A stretch of 64,000 nt of DNA from Anolis carolinensis. Taxonomy: Eukaryota. Location: contig NC_085845.1 of assembly GCF_035594765.1 (NCBI RefSeq), positions 18,036,024-18,100,023 on the forward strand. The letters run 5' to 3'. Positions 63,788 to 64,000 of the stretch are shown here, one piece after another. The notes under the pieces are model-generated. The model saw only the letters and a list, made by a program, of their open reading frames with translations. It was not told the origin of the DNA and ran no database searches. Position 1 is the stretch's first letter; each line of letters begins with the position of its first letter. Position numbers and translations under genes: made by a program.

Positions 63788-64000
63788 TACCTAGGCCATA
63801 CCTGTCATAAGATATACTGCTGGCATTATAAATTGGACACAGTTGGAACTGGACAATTTGGACAGAAAAACAGGAAAACTCATGACCATTCATCATTCAC
63901 TGCACCCTCGCAGTGATGTTGACTGGCTATATCTGCCAAGAAGATCTGATGGCAGAGGACTCTTACAAGTAAAACAAGCAGTCAAAGAAGAACATGCCCT
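63787..64000 (+). mobile_element. Dong/R4-type LINE fragment (RT C-terminal region) following (TAA)n
   Basis: RKTGKLMTIHHSLHPRSDVDWLYLPRRSDGRGLLQVKQAVKEE; begins right after (TAA)n at ~63737-63787. Confidence 0.7.

Overview
Vertebrate genomic DNA, not prokaryotic. The repeat repertoire (Sauria-type SINEs, Dong/R4, BovB, Penelope, hAT/Tc-mariner MITEs) indicates a squamate, probably an Anolis-like lizard. The left part holds the 5' half of KLHL8 on the minus strand: three coding exons plus a CpG-island promoter at ~19.1-19.5 kb. It is followed by a cluster of HSD17B11/HSD17B13-like short-chain dehydrogenases, matching the KLHL8-HSD17B13/11 synteny in mammals. Gene A is a complete 7-exon minus-strand gene (26644-36354). 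Gene B is a complete 7-exon, 300-aa plus-strand gene (40980-49552). Gene C is on the plus strand, with exons 1-5 inside the window. Decayed duplicates show that a head-to-head A/B pair was the duplication unit. Most long ORFs in the track are repeat artefacts. The most unusual signal is a solo LTR (10330-11483) whose U3 is filled by an intact acidic 137-aa ORF carrying a LEDGF/TND-interacting-type FxGF motif. Also notable are a U2 snRNA/LINE-tail chimera and a hAT element built from palindromic housekeeping-promoter motifs. All alignments were done by eye, and repeat family names come from recalled hallmarks, not database searches.
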